Assembly (NCBI GenBank): GCA_001179505.1 | Contig: CDMY01000086.1 | Span: 124,001-188,000, forward strand | Length of the DNA stretch: 64,000 nucleotides | Direction: 5' to 3' | Source: Vitrella brassicaformis CCMP3155 | Taxonomy: Eukaryota > Protista > Chromerida | Shown: positions 37,241 through 50,049 of the stretch, piece after piece | Layout: the number at the start of each line of letters is the position of its first letter | Position numbering within the stretch: position 1 is the stretch's first letter | The notes under the pieces: model-generated | Database searches by the model: none | What the model saw: the letters and a program-made list of their open reading frames with translations, nothing else | What the model was told of the DNA's origin: nothing | Translations under genes and position numbers: made by a program

Positions 37241-40200
37241 ATGATGATGTGTGTGGTGATGTTGGTGAGCTGGGTGTGGCCGCGGGTGGCGTGTGGGAGC
37301 GACGGGAGCGATGAGGGCGGCGGCGGGAGCAGGAGTCAGCACCTGCATGTGTACGACCCCAACGAGGTGGTGACTGTGTGGACCGACAAGATGGGCCCCT
37401 ACCACAACCCTCACGAGACCTACCCCTACGAAAACCTCCCCATCTGCGAACTGCAGGACGCTGGTGGCATCAGAAAAGAGCCTACAATCGGTACACATAC
37501 ACATACACACACACACAGGCAGACAGATCGACCGACTGACTGACCGAGATGTGTGTCCATGTGTTTATTCATTGGCCAGGTGAGGCGCTCGAGGGCCACA
37601 ACTTCATCAGCTCGCCGAGAATCAACATCAAATTCTCAGGTAGGCTGCCCAGCTTCATTCACTCACCGACTCACTGTCTGCCTCGGTTGTGTGTTGGTCC
37701 ATCCATCGATGCGTCCGTCGGTCAGTTGGTCAGCCCAGCACTGACGTGTGCTCCATGAAGCTCAACGAAGAACAGGCAGAGGAGCTGGCAAGTGAACACA
37801 TTCGACACATCCAGACAAACAGGCTGGCAGGGCAGGGTGCCTTACTGTTTGTTGTGTGTGTCGTATAGGTCCGCATGGTGGAGGAGAACTACTGGTACCA
37901 GATATACATCGACGACCTGCCGAACTGGGGCTTCCTCGGAGGTAGGTCAACAACAACGCGGGAGCACAGCTTCCCGCCTGTTGGTTGAGTGCGTGTGTCC
38001 TTCCTGCCTGCCTGCCTCCGTTGGTTGGTTCAGAGATGGTTGAGCCCGATGAGGGCAAGGAGGGTGCGGATGAGAAGGATGACGATGAGGGGGCTGCCCC
38101 CAGTGTGCCTTCCATATTCACTCACAGGGAATTCGTCATCTACAGAAACGGACCACAGGTGGGTGGGTGCCGCAGACCAGACCCCCACCAGCATCTCATC
38201 GCATCCATGGAGGAAGGAAGGGGTCATTCATATGTGTATCGATCGTATCGTTTGTCCATATATCGGACAGATCATATCAGTGGACATGGAGCCGTCCGAT
38301 CTGGTGCCCATCAAGGCCGGTGCGGAGCTCAAGTTCACCTACTCGGTCGAGTGGCACGAGACAGACGTACCCTTCAAAAACAGATTCGAGAAGTACCTGG
38401 AATTCTCCTTCTTCGAACACAAAGTTTGCCACGGCCTAGCACACACGTGTACCCAGGCAGTCAGGCAGCACATGGATGGCATATCGCTTGTTGTGGGTTC
38501 ATTCAGGTTCACTGGTTCAGCATAGTCAACAGTTTCATGCTGTGTCTGTTCCTCTGCGCCATCGTGTCGGTCATTCTGGCACGAGTACTTCGCAGAGACT
38601 TCGCAAAGTGATCTAGCCCAAATACGCAGCCAGACAGCTCCCTCACAAAGACGCTGATGTGCTCTCTGTCTGTGTGTGTGTTGTAGGTATGCAGCGTCAG
38701 AGGCTGACGAGCTTGAGAGCATGGACAGGGCAGACGAGAGCGGGTGGAAGCAGGTCCACGGGGATGTCTTCAGGAAACCCTCACACCTACTCACCTTCTC
38801 AGTACACATCCACACACACACACACATAATGGGGCCTGGACGATTGGTGGGTGTATGTGCTTTAATTGCTGTGCCCTGCCGTGTGTGTGCGTGTGTGTAG
38901 GTGTTGTACAGCAGCGGCTGCCACTTGATGACCATGATAGTGGGTGTGATCCTGCTGGCCATCGCCAACTCATACTACACGAGGGCGGGGTCCTCATCCT
39001 CGGCAGCCGTGCTTGTCTATATCGTCACACAGTCGGTCGGCGGATACGCTGGGGGATACACATTCAAGTCAGTGCGACAGACGCAGCAGCTCGAATATAT
39101 GTCATTCATGTCATGAGGCGTGTGTGACATTGATTGCTTCAGGTTGTATGGCGGGAAGGGCTGGAAGAAGGCCATGTTCGCGCAGGTGCTCTTCATACCT
39201 TCAGGTGAATGCCCGTCTGGCTACTGACACAGATAAGAGACACGAGGCGACCTGCGTGGCGTGTGTGTTGTGTGTGTCCCGCCAGTCGTGTTGGTGATAT
39301 TCGCCTTCCTCAACACCACCGCCCTCGTATACACATCCAGCATGGCCGTACCTGCAAAAAACATCGCAACGGGTACACACACAGACAGACAGACATCCTG
39401 CCATGGGTTTTGTGCTCACCGCGGATACATCCATTCTGTGCTGTACGGATGGATTGGATGCCTCGGTGCAGTGGTACTGTTGTTTCTGGTGCTGTGCATC
39501 CCTCTGCACACGGTGGGCACTCTGTTGGGCCGCCGGCACGCCAGCAAGGCGGCTTTCCCGTGCCGCATACACCACCTGAAGCGACCCATACCACCCAAAC
39601 ACTGGGCATTCCTGTGCGTGACGTGACAATGACACTAACATACCCACATGCACACACAGAGTCCTCGATACATCCGTTATTGTGTGTGGATTCATTGCGT
39701 TTCGTTCCAGGCCGTGCATGATCAGTGGTGCTGGTCTGATCCCATTCGGATGTGTATTTATCGAGGTACCTCCACACACACACACATATACACATACATA
39801 TACATATACACACATGGCTGCACCATCCTGTCTGCAGATGTATTTCCTGTTCTCGTCTTTCTGGGGCTACAAGTTCTACTATGTACGCTCACACGCACGC
39901 AGCACACAGACACACATCGCACCTGTGTGTACATGTTCGGTTGTGTGTGTAGGTGTACGGCTTTATGCTGGCGATACTGCTGCTCTTCAGCTGTGTGCTG
40001 GTAGGTGGGCCGTTTGCTGCACCGCCAGGCTGGCAAGACAGACAGACACATGAGGATGGCCTTTGTGTGGTGTGTGTGCAGGTGTGTGTGAGCATAACGT
40101 CTGTGTACATCCTCCTGAATGCGGAGGACTACAGATGGGCTTGGTAGGTCGACACAGTGACTGATATGGGGCGGGAGGGACAACACCAGCACACAGGCGA

Positions 40201-40681
40201 GACACGCCGGCGTGCTGGCCGGTTTGTTGTTTGTTTCAGGGTGTCGTTTCTGTCGTGTGCGTCTACCGGCGTGTATGTGTTCCTCTACTCTATCTACTAC
40301 TACCACAACTCAACCAAAATGAGAGGTACACACACAGACACACACACGCCGAGCTCCAGCATCGGAACTCCACAAACACACGTGTCTGGTTTCTCTCTGT
40401 GGTGTCTTCCTCCGTCCCTCGCTCCCTCTGTCCATCTGTCTGTCAGGTTTTCTACAGTTCATGTATTACTTTGGGTCGACGGCGTTTTTCTGCTTCTGCC
40501 TGTCCCTGTTCTGCGGATCACTCGGATACCTCGGGTGAGTACAGTACGGGGGCAATCCAATGCATTCGATACCTGAAGGCAGGGCCGCGCGTGTGTGAAT
40601 GGTTTGTGTGTGTGTTGTCTGGTGACTGACAGGGCCTTCCGATTCGTTTCGCTCATCTACAAGAACATCAAGGCCGAGTGA
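37241..40681 (+). CDS. TM9SF: Transmembrane 9 superfamily (TM9SF/EMP70/nonaspanin) protein
   Basis: Signal-like MMMCVVMLVSWVWPRVACG (in-frame ATG also at 37001). Motifs KMGPYHNPHETYPY, YWYQIYIDDLPNWGFLG, FTYSVEW, HWFSIVNSFML, DESGWKQVHGDVFR, RPIPPKHW, LLNAEDYRWAW, IYKNIKAE*. Confidence 0.96.
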
Positions 40682-41244
40682 GGGAGTGAGGAATGTGGCC
40701 GGGCAGCCGGCCATCGATGGGGGGAGAAAGGACACAGCCGTTGAGGTGGATAGAGGCGGTACGGGACCGTCTGCCGACCCGCGATGGACGATGGCCGCGG
40801 CGCAATTCAGGGTATGTAGACGGGTGTGTGGTGCAAGGACGCAATTAAATGCGTATGTATGTGAGGGACACTCTTATGCACACATACGTGTTCTCACACT
40901 GCATGTTCAATTCATGATATGGTCGTCCCCTTGACCAGCCAACCAAACCGTGTCACACCAGACAGACAGACAAACAGACCCCAAATATCCATCCATCCAT
41001 CTGTACGTGTGGCTTGTCTGACGTGTCGGCACACAGACAGGCGTGATGCATGGCAGCAAACAGTCGGCAGAATATAAAATGTAGGCAACGATTAGTTAGC
41101 CAGCGAAATCGCAGGCAGGCAGTCGGCCTTCGACAACCAGCTCTCTTCAACTCCACCACGCTAGGCAGTCACATCCATCCACCAACTCATATGTGCGTGT
41201 GTGTATGTGTTGTGTGGGTGTGTGTTGGCGGGCACCGCACCCAC

Positions 41245-44200
41245 TCAGCGGCGCCGCCGGTGGTTGGCAGAACGGGTATCCGTTGTACTTCCGGATGGAT
41301 GGATCTTGACCATGAACGTCGATCGCTCACTTTGGATTTGTTTGGATTCAACTTCGATGTCATGGTATTCCAACGTCTCTTGGCCATCACTTGAGCTCTC
41401 AGCGCTGTCTTCGGGCTCCTGGAGCAGGGATACGCGCATATACAGTCATGGAGTCGATTGTTTGTTTCACCGGCGAATATACCTGTGTCGTGGCTGTGGG
41501 GTGGGGTGGGCTGGCGGCTTAGGCTTGGTCGCCGTCGACCTGGCCGCCTTCCTCTCCAGCTCAGCGGTGCTTGGGGGCGGGGGCGGGCGGTGGACAGGGA
41601 TTCGCGACCGGTGTGGTGGTCTTGGGGTTGGAGCGACTGCTGGCGGCTGGCGGCAGGGTGCCTGGTGTCCGCTCTCCCACCGAGAACAGGGCGCGCCGCT
41701 GGAATCGTCATCGGACTGGTCGTTGGCAGCGGACAGGTCCTCGCCGAGGTTACGCAAGAGCACCCGCAATTCGCCCTCCACCTGCAAACACACACACACA
41801 CACACACACATGCTCTGGATGGAGGATGGGTGGATGGATTGTCTGGCTGATAGATGCATGCATACAGACATACATCAGTGTGTGTGCTGTCGTGTCAGTC
41901 TTGCTTTAAACGGCCCTGCTCCAGTCGTAGGCAGCGTTCATGATGCACATGAGCTCCACGGGCGCGGCGCGTCAAGGGACGTGAAGCGCTTGACGAGAGC
42001 ACTCATCGCACACCACATGTCCCTGCCAGTGTCCATGAGACACGGACCCTACACAATGAGAGACACACATACACACATGGGCAGTGTGTGTGTATGTATG
42101 CGTGTCTGTCTGTCCGACTTACGTCTGTTCCCTTGTCATCCACCTGCAGCGCCCGAGTCCTTCCCTCTTGTGTATGCGGGTCCCTCTTGTCTATGCGATG
42201 ACATGGGAACGGGAGCAGGCAAAGGCTGAACAGGGAGGGAGGGAGGGAGGGAGGCAGCCACACATTATCACTGGTCGATCGTATCGAGTCATCTGAGATG
42301 GCTTACATCCTCTCCGAGGCTGCTATCGAATCCGCCCCTTGAACGCACAGCAGCACCAACCATCGACGCACGCAAGTACAGCGTGTAAGTTCTCTCTTCC
42401 ACACGGTGCCAGGCGGCGCTTAGCAGATCTCTCGGTCTCTCGGTGGCCGCCGAAGCGGCCAATTATGCGTAGACAGATAGACGAAAGATGAGAGACATGA
42501 GCACATTCATGATTACCTCCTTCGTGTCTGTCTCACTTACGTACCTGTGGGGCCGCCGGGGCGTCAATGCGGTCTATGTGCAGCGCCCGGGAGTTGAGTA
42601 TAATGGGCCAAGAGATATAGAATGTAGACAGCCATCGGTCTGCACCACGCGCCACCTCTGCATTCAGTCTACCCGTACGGCAGAGAGAACGTTGAGGACA
42701 CAGGAAGAACAACGAACATTCATCCTGACACCCTGCTGCTCTCTTACCATTTCTGGCTCCGAATCTGTCTTTCTTGCTCAGGAGCTGGGCGTCCTTCTTG
42801 CTCAGGTCGGTCACATACTGCAAGCAACAAACAGACACATGTATGTATGTGTAATGTGAGTGTTCCGCCCGCATGTCTACCTGCCCGCGTACTCCCAGAT
42901 CGGCCATGATGCCGGACTCCTGGGAGTTCGAGTGGTCGGGTACTTTCAGTTGCTCTATGGCCGGCCAATGGATGGCGAGTATGGCACCGATGACGTCGTC
43001 CTCGCTCCTGGTCGTCCTTGAGATGCCCTTCGAGAGCCTCCAGCTGCTCCAAGAGGACCAACTCAACCTGCGGACCACACACATATATAGACAGACAGAC
43101 AGACAGACAGAAACAGGTGCATGTACACCCTCGCGCACATGGCGCGTGCCGTGCCGTGCCGCTCCTGCGCACCGTTGCGATCACCCCGAGTTGCTTGAAC
43201 GACTCCGTGCCCTCCTGCTTGGATGAGGTAGCGGCGCACGCACTTGGAGAGGATGCCGAGCTCGTTTGCCAGCCCCTTGAATCGAGTCGGCGGCCGCGCC
43301 CCCAATGTTCACCTCCTTCTTTGTGCGATTGGGTGCATAGCATTTCCCGAAAGCCCTCTCGTCCTCGTTGTCTGTGCTTTCCTCGTTGTCGGTGATGGCT
43401 GTCTCGTTGCCCGCTGTCATCGCACTGTCTGGCGGCGCACAGCCTACACACATTGACAGCGGTCATGTGTATTCGTGTGCATGTGTGTGTGTGCCTGTGC
43501 GGTTGGATGCCTACCTGGCATACGTATTGAGCGTTTCTCGACGATCGTGCTGGGGACGTCATTGGCTTTGTAGAACAGTATGTATGCGTTTGGTCCTGGT
43601 AGAAGTGAGCACACCCCAGGCAGAACAATTAGCTTATTATATGTGCACGGGTGTATAGATCAGCACTTGTTTAGTTCTCTCTGACCTTGCAGGGCGTCTG
43701 GGTTGATGGCATGTTCGATCTCCTCGTCGTTGAAATCCACCCACGTCGGATGGCCGCCCAAGGCTCTCTTGGCTTGTCTGTGGTGGTCATACAGACAGAG
43801 GAGGGATACAGAGACATGGATGATGAACACTGCCGTTTTATGTTGCCGCTTATTGTCGCTTACGCTGTGTAGTGTCCTTCGTCCAGGGTGCCCTCCTGAC
43901 TGGTCACTGCGTAGAGCTCGTAGACGCGGGCAGTGGTGGGGTCCTCTGTATGCATGACACACAACACCAGAGAGATCCATGAGTGTGTGATGCGATGCCC
44001 CTCATGTCATGCAGGCACATACCGGATGCATCACACACGCCTGGGATGTCGCGCACACACAGGCCCTCCGAGGCGTCAAACGTGACGAAAGTGTCCAGCC
44101 GGTCGGACAGGCCTTCTCGCCGCTGGAAGCAATTAAGCGTCAGGATGAGGACCTCTGGCAGGCGCATGATGACTTTGCTGCCCCTGGCGTTGACGTGCCG

Positions 44201-46732
44201 CTGGCACGTGGGGCAGAACCACTGACCGATGGGCTGATAAGAACGTCAGACAACACACATGGTAAGAACTTGATGCGTTGTTGTCTTGTTGGTCGCTCGC
44301 TTACCCTCTCGGCGCAGTACTGTTCGAGCAGCTTCTTCACGCCGATTTCCTCTGTGTCGTCGGGCAGCGTCAGTGCGATACTCAGAAACTTCTCGAAATT
44401 GCGGGATACTGACCGACCGACCGACAGATGAGTACAAGCACATGTCCATGTACGGTTGGCTTGGTCCACTCACCGTGTGGGCAGTGGGTGCACTGCATGA
44501 TGCTCATGATCTGGCCCGCGACCGTGTCGAATATGAGTGAGTCCCCTCTCGCTGGACGCCAGAAAACGCACAGACAGGACACAGACAGACAGATGGCATG
44601 AATCGACGGCGCCGATGAAACGGTTCGTCTCCTGAAGGCATATGGAAGAAAGAAAGAAACCGTCTAAGGTGTGCCGTATTGACACTCCACGCGCCCGAGG
44701 AAGTCCCCTGCATCCTCCTGCTAACGAGACAGACGACGCAGATCAATCGATCAATCAGAAGGCTAACTGCCTACCCACCTACCTGCAAGTTCTGGTATTG
44801 CCACTCACCCCCTTGCCTTCGAAGTCCCCGCTGCCTTCGAAGTCCCTCAACCTGTCTGCAAATTGACAATTGCAAGTTGAGCTCAGTGTGTACCTTTCCT
44901 TCGAAGATATATCTCGACGAATAAAAAAAGAAGGCAGCGATTTTGTGATCTCCGCTCAGAGAGAGAGAGAGAGAGAGATTCCAGGCAGGCAGGCAGATCG
45001 ACCAATCAATCAACAAGACGCGCTGCTTGCGTGCCTTATTTACTTACGTGCAGGTCTCCGTGCACCAGTCGTTCACGCTGCAACTTCTGCAGTGCGTCCA
45101 GAACATCACGAGCGATGCGAGCCATCTGTCCTGGGCTAGCGGCACCACAGTCGAGGTCCTTGAGCATCACTGCACGCCACACAGACCAGCCACACGCAAA
45201 GACAGATCAACCAAACCAACATAGCGGGTGTGTGGGTGCCGTGGCTTGCTTAGTTACTGGGGATCCATTCCGTTTTGAATGCCCTTATTCTCTCCCCTGC
45301 CGCCCCTTTGAGGAGGTGGTACACGTCCTCGATGGCGATGACGTGCGGGAAGCCCTTCCTGGCCCGCTCGCACCGCGCCCGCCACTCGTCATTGCCCGTC
45401 CACATGAACCCGTCCACCTAAGCACACACAACACAGCACAACACAACACAATACAATACAATGCAATACTCACGCTCACATGAAATAGAGCAGAGCACGC
45501 ATCGATGCGTGTGTTCGTTCGTTCATGCGCTCACTCACGCACGCCATACCACCACTTACCTCTTTGGCGCAGTCGTGGTTGTCGTTGAGTATCTTGATGC
45601 CCCGCCGGTCGCGCATGGCGACGACTACGCCAAAGCGGCCGCATCGCTGCCGCTCGCGGTGCTCGACCGTCAAGCCGTGGTTCTTCTCAAGGCAATGCTG
45701 CATTAATTGCATCATCACACACACAAATTGGCAACATAGGAACACGTGTCAATTGGCACACGTCACAATCAAGCCAGCATGTCTGCCATGCCGTGCTCCT
45801 CACCAGTGCGATAGCGACTCTGCGGTTGCGCTTGGCCGTCTGCTCAGAGCCACCTCCCTCGCCCTGCAGGAATTGCAGTCGGTCCATCAACCGACAAGCG
45901 CCGAAAGCGGCCGTGAGGAGCTATCGGTCATCATGACCCGGGTCCGAAGTTGTCACCGCGGTACTGATAGCCTGCGCACGTAAGTTGCCGACAGCACAGC
46001 AGGCTGTCTGGTGTTCGAATACTGAACTGACTGCTCTTGCATCATCTATATTCGCCCACCCTGTTGCTGCACTGGAGCCGGGTGTTGATGGCCTGGCACT
46101 GATGCCGGGTGTGGATATATGCCTGCATTCACGCACGACACGGGCACAACCAGCCTTCTCGCACCAATGCGGCCATCCTGCCCGCTGTCTTGTCGCCTGC
46201 TCACCCATGCCTGGTGGCATACCCATGCCTGTTGACATTCCGATGTGTGGGCACACATCAGCCGCAGGACAGAAGCGCGTCGCTTTGTGCGCATCCATCA
46301 GTGAGTGCTTGGCCTCACCTGGGTACACAGGTTGAGGGGCATAATGTGTCCTGAGCCCGAGCCTAAGCCGACAACGACACACACACAGGAATTCGTTGCA
46401 GGAGGCTGGAAGGGAGGAAATACATACGTGCCACCAGGAACCCGACCCGATTCCATGTACCGTGTTGATAGTGATGGCGCGGAGGCTGTCCACCTTCCAT
46501 GAGTGTCACCGACCTTCCTCTTCACTCTCAGCCACACCAAAATGGGACAGGGACCTTCTGCGTATTTGACGCCTTCAGCTCGGCCAGCATTTCCTGACAC
46601 GCAGACCAACCGTATGTGGGAGGAGTATTATCTGTCGTTCACCTACCTTAAGCTTGGCAATCTGCTCCGTCAGCTGTTTGGTCTGTTCTTCGATCATTTC
46701 CACCTTCTTGGGCTCTCGGCACGGGACAGGAC

Positions 46733-46776
<44 letters not shown>

Positions 46777-47126
46777 GAGTCGATGGCCGCCAGCTGAAGG
46801 AAGGACAAGTACACACCAGATGCATGCGATAAAGGAAGCAGGCAGGCGGGAGCTCGAGGTTCTGTACTCGAGAGCGGAGCCTGTCCGCGATGGCCGTCAG
46901 TTTAGCGATCTCTGTGCGGTTGTTGTTGTTGTTGTTGTTGTTGTGTAGTGTCTGCAGAAGGGCTGTCTTGTCCTCCGAGTTGTCCTCGTCCGCCTACAGG
47001 CACCCAAACGCATGCATTCGCGAGTACGCATAGAAATGAATCCGCATCCCATTCAGGAGCATCACAAATGGCAGGAGCATCACAAATGGCAGTGCCTTGT
47101 CGCATGGCATGTGCACGCCTCACCAT
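41245..47126 (-). CDS. Chimeric gene or adjacent gene fragments: coiled-coil/low-complexity N-terminus, partial protein kinase domain, then USP (C19) peptidase lacking a visible Cys box
   Basis: Kinase-like exons at 45700-45050: CGRFGVV..GIKIL..AKE, FPHVIAIEDVY, LVHGDLH. USP exons at 44960-43540: QEDAGDFL, QCTHC, FEKFLSIAL, WFCPTC, LPEVLILTLNCF, YELYAVTSQEGTLDEGHYTA, WVDFNDE, AYILFY. Ends and single-gene status uncertain. Confidence 0.6.
46736..46773 (-). repeat. (AGC)n trinucleotide repeat encoding poly-Ser; nearby (AAC)n at ~46919-46943 encodes poly-Asn
   Basis: In-frame within exons LAAIDSSSS..GPVPCREPKK and LLQTLHNNNNNNNRTEIAK. Confidence 0.85.
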
Positions 47127-47327
47127 TGCGGTGCTGCATAGGGCGTGCGGTCCGTCACATAGAAAGAAAGAAGGTCTGCCGATTCTTCTCCGTTTTTATT
47201 TTTGAAAATATGGAGAATTTTCGTCTCCGTCTCTTTCTCGACATCATTTCCCTTTGCGGGTGGGAAAGGATGGCAAAGGATTGTGGGGAGCGATTCGTGC
47301 GATCCGCTCACCTCTAAGCTCGCACAA

Positions 47328-48170
47328 ATGGCGGCCGTCAAAAGGAAACTTGAGGAGCAGATCTCGTCATTATCCCGACGTCTACCGCTTCGTGCGATGA
47401 GCAGCACCAGTGGCGTGTCGCCCTTTCACCACGCCGTGCCTGTTCATGATCTCGGAGCTGCGAGGGTGTTCTACGGCGACTTGCTGGGCTGCAGCGAAGG
47501 CAGAACCTCCCCAGGCAAATGGATTGACTACAACCTGTGAGCAATGCCGCAACAACACAGACGGGCCCTGTTGATTTCTACGAATCTCCGTCAGGTATGG
47601 CAGTCAGCTTGTTTGCCATTTTGTTGGTGAGAGCTACAGAGCGCCTGAATATGTCAACCCCGTCGGTATGCCCACCTGCACTGAAGTTGTTAGTGTCGCA
47701 CACACACACTTGTGGTCGATTGATGCGCAAAGATGGCGATGAGGTGCCCGTCCCGCATTTCGGGTGTGCGCTGAGTGTCGATGAGTTCCATACTCTCGCG
47801 GCCAGGCTCAAAGAGAAGGGTGTCCGGTTCGTCATTGAACCACACCGGAGGTTCCAAGGGCAGCCAGGTGTGTGGCGCAGCCGATGGAGAGGAGAGGGCA
47901 GATGCCATACTGCCTCTATGTATGTCATTGTGTGTGGGTTGGCGCAAGGTGACCAGTGGACCATGTTCTTCAAAGACCCATCAAACAACGCGCTGGAATT
48001 CAAAGCCATGGTACCTGGATGGGTGCGTGGGTGGGAGGGATTGGTGGGGAGGCGAGTGTCATCTATCGTTGAGTGCTATGACTGCTCTGTCTGTCTCTGT
48101 GGGCGACGTTCAGGTGCATCCTGAGAATCTGTTTGCTAAGTACAATGTGGACGATTTCGCTGACAAGTGA
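47328..48170 (+). CDS. VOC/glyoxalase-bleomycin resistance-dioxygenase family protein (COG3565-like)
   Basis: [34 protein letters not shown]|YGSQLVCH|[25 protein letters not shown]|[20 protein letters not shown]|[10 protein letters not shown]. Confidence 0.92.
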
Positions 48171-48489
48171 AAATGCATAATCGTAGCGTGGTGTACAAGG
48201 GACGAGGGGCACGGACATGGTAGAGCCGCTGCGAGCTCGCCCGCGTTTTCTGAGGGTGAAGTTAACTGTCTGGAGTTAACGGTGAAGTTAACGAACTGTA
48301 CGCTGTACGCTGTAGACCAACATACCGAAGCACTCCTTGCTTGGTTCCATTCCCTTCTGGCTGCACCCGCTCTTCCTTTCCTTCCCTTCCTTCTCCTCTC
48401 ATCTGCGGGCTACGCTTTGCCAGCTTACACCCCCTACACGACTCTCGCACGAGCGCCTCCTCCCTCTGCCGTCCGCCAGGCCATCAGCC

Positions 48490-48852
48490 ATGAAGACCTT
48501 GTGGCTCCTCGCTCTGGGCGTGCTTGCCTTGGCTGCCGCGCACCAAGCCGGCGGCGTGACGTCTGCGGATGACGCTCAAGTGGCTGACGCTGTGAGCGCT
48601 GAGGGTGGCCTGCGTGGGCTGACATACTAAACCACTGAGCATCATGGGAGTGACGCCGTGAGCGAGCAGAGGCGGTGTTTTAACCAACACGGCTGCAGCA
48701 GTGGCGAATATTGCCACTACGAAAACATGTGGGACGTGTCGGGCACATGTAAGCACTGACCACAGACACACACAGTCGATCGACGCCAGGCCGTGTGCCT
48801 CATTCAATGTGTCCGTCCATGTGTGTCGCTTTCAGGCAAGAGCAAGTGCTAG
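48490..48852 (+). CDS. Small secreted Cys-rich peptide precursor
   Basis: MKTLWLLALGVLALAAAHQAGG signal, acidic spacer, then RR-CFNQHGCSSGEYCHYENMWDVSGT|CKSKC*. An in-frame TAA at 48628 needs a putative 78-nt intron (48592-48669, GTGAG..CAG). Confidence 0.6.
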
Positions 48853-50049
48853 CCACTAGGCGTCCAATTCAGACAGACACTGCAAGTTGTGTGCCGCTGT
48901 TTGTTGATGTATGTGCATTCACACAGCTGCCTTGTGTGGCTTGTCGTTGCGTTGTGTGGCTTTACTGACAATCAGTGTGATCATCTGACGGTCCTCTGCT
49001 GTGTATTGGTTCATTGTATTTTCACCAAGAGAGAGAGAGGGGAGGGAGAAGCTGTGGTGTCCACACTCTTACACACATGGTGTAATCAGCTTTTTTTCTC
49101 ACGATGCCGAAACGACTTTCTTCTGGCGCATTCGTTTCTGTCTGCCAAGTGCACACACACGGCACACATGTACTCTTCTATGTTCGTTCTGTGGCACTCC
49201 CTTGCGGCAATCGGTCCAGTCGGTCAGGCGGCTGTGTGCGTGTTGCGTTGTGTTTCGGTGTTTGCATGTGCCGCCGAAAAGGGGCGCGCTGCAATCCAAA
49301 CCGATCTCGTACGACGTACGTGCAGCTAGGCTGGCCAGGGAATGGGGGGGGTGGGGGGGCAATCAATCCGTGCACTGTGTCAGCGAGCGATCCATCCATC
49401 ATCAGTCGATTGCTGCATGCGATGGATCTATGGGTGGGGCGGGTGGGGGGGTGGCTCGGTCTATATGTCTTATATATTCTGGGGTACGTGTGCACCGGGA
49501 CGGATAGATGGGATCACATTGGGGGGGTCGGGTGGGCTGAGACACCGAGGGACAATGCGGACATGAGAGACAGCACATAATATGAATGCCTTCACATCAT
49601 GCCTTTGTGCGATGTGGCCATTGGTCGTTTGGATCTCCTCACTCATGCTACACACACATGAACCACGATGAAATTCTCTCACACACGCCATGTGTGCACT
49701 GACACGTCCAACAGCCATTGTCTCCAATCGACCTAGGACACTGACTTTGTTGCTGACAGTCGCATAGCATACGGGAAAGGAGTGAATTCCCATCGATCCC
49801 CACACTCAGAAGCGCATCTCTCTACCCTGTCTCCGGCTTTGTATGCCTCTCTCCATCTGCATGCAAGATCCACACAGATGGACACCTCCCTCTCGCGAAG
49901 ACACGAACTAACAGAGACAGCGAGGGCGTGCACCTCGAGGCTTCTCGCCCACCCCACATGTGTGTCCTACATACAGATGTCGTCTCCCGATGGATAAGAA
50001 GTGACAGACATCCGGAAAAACTGCCGGCAGGATGATGAAATCATCAATC

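Noticed and set aside
46343-46502. Plus-strand small ORF MCPEPEPKP..
   Set aside because: It lies antisense to exons and introns of the minus-strand gene, has no motif, and is probably a shadow ORF.
48900-49950. Several overlapping 100-170 aa ORFs
   Set aside because: Low-complexity UTR or intergenic sequence with no consistent exon chain or protein motif.
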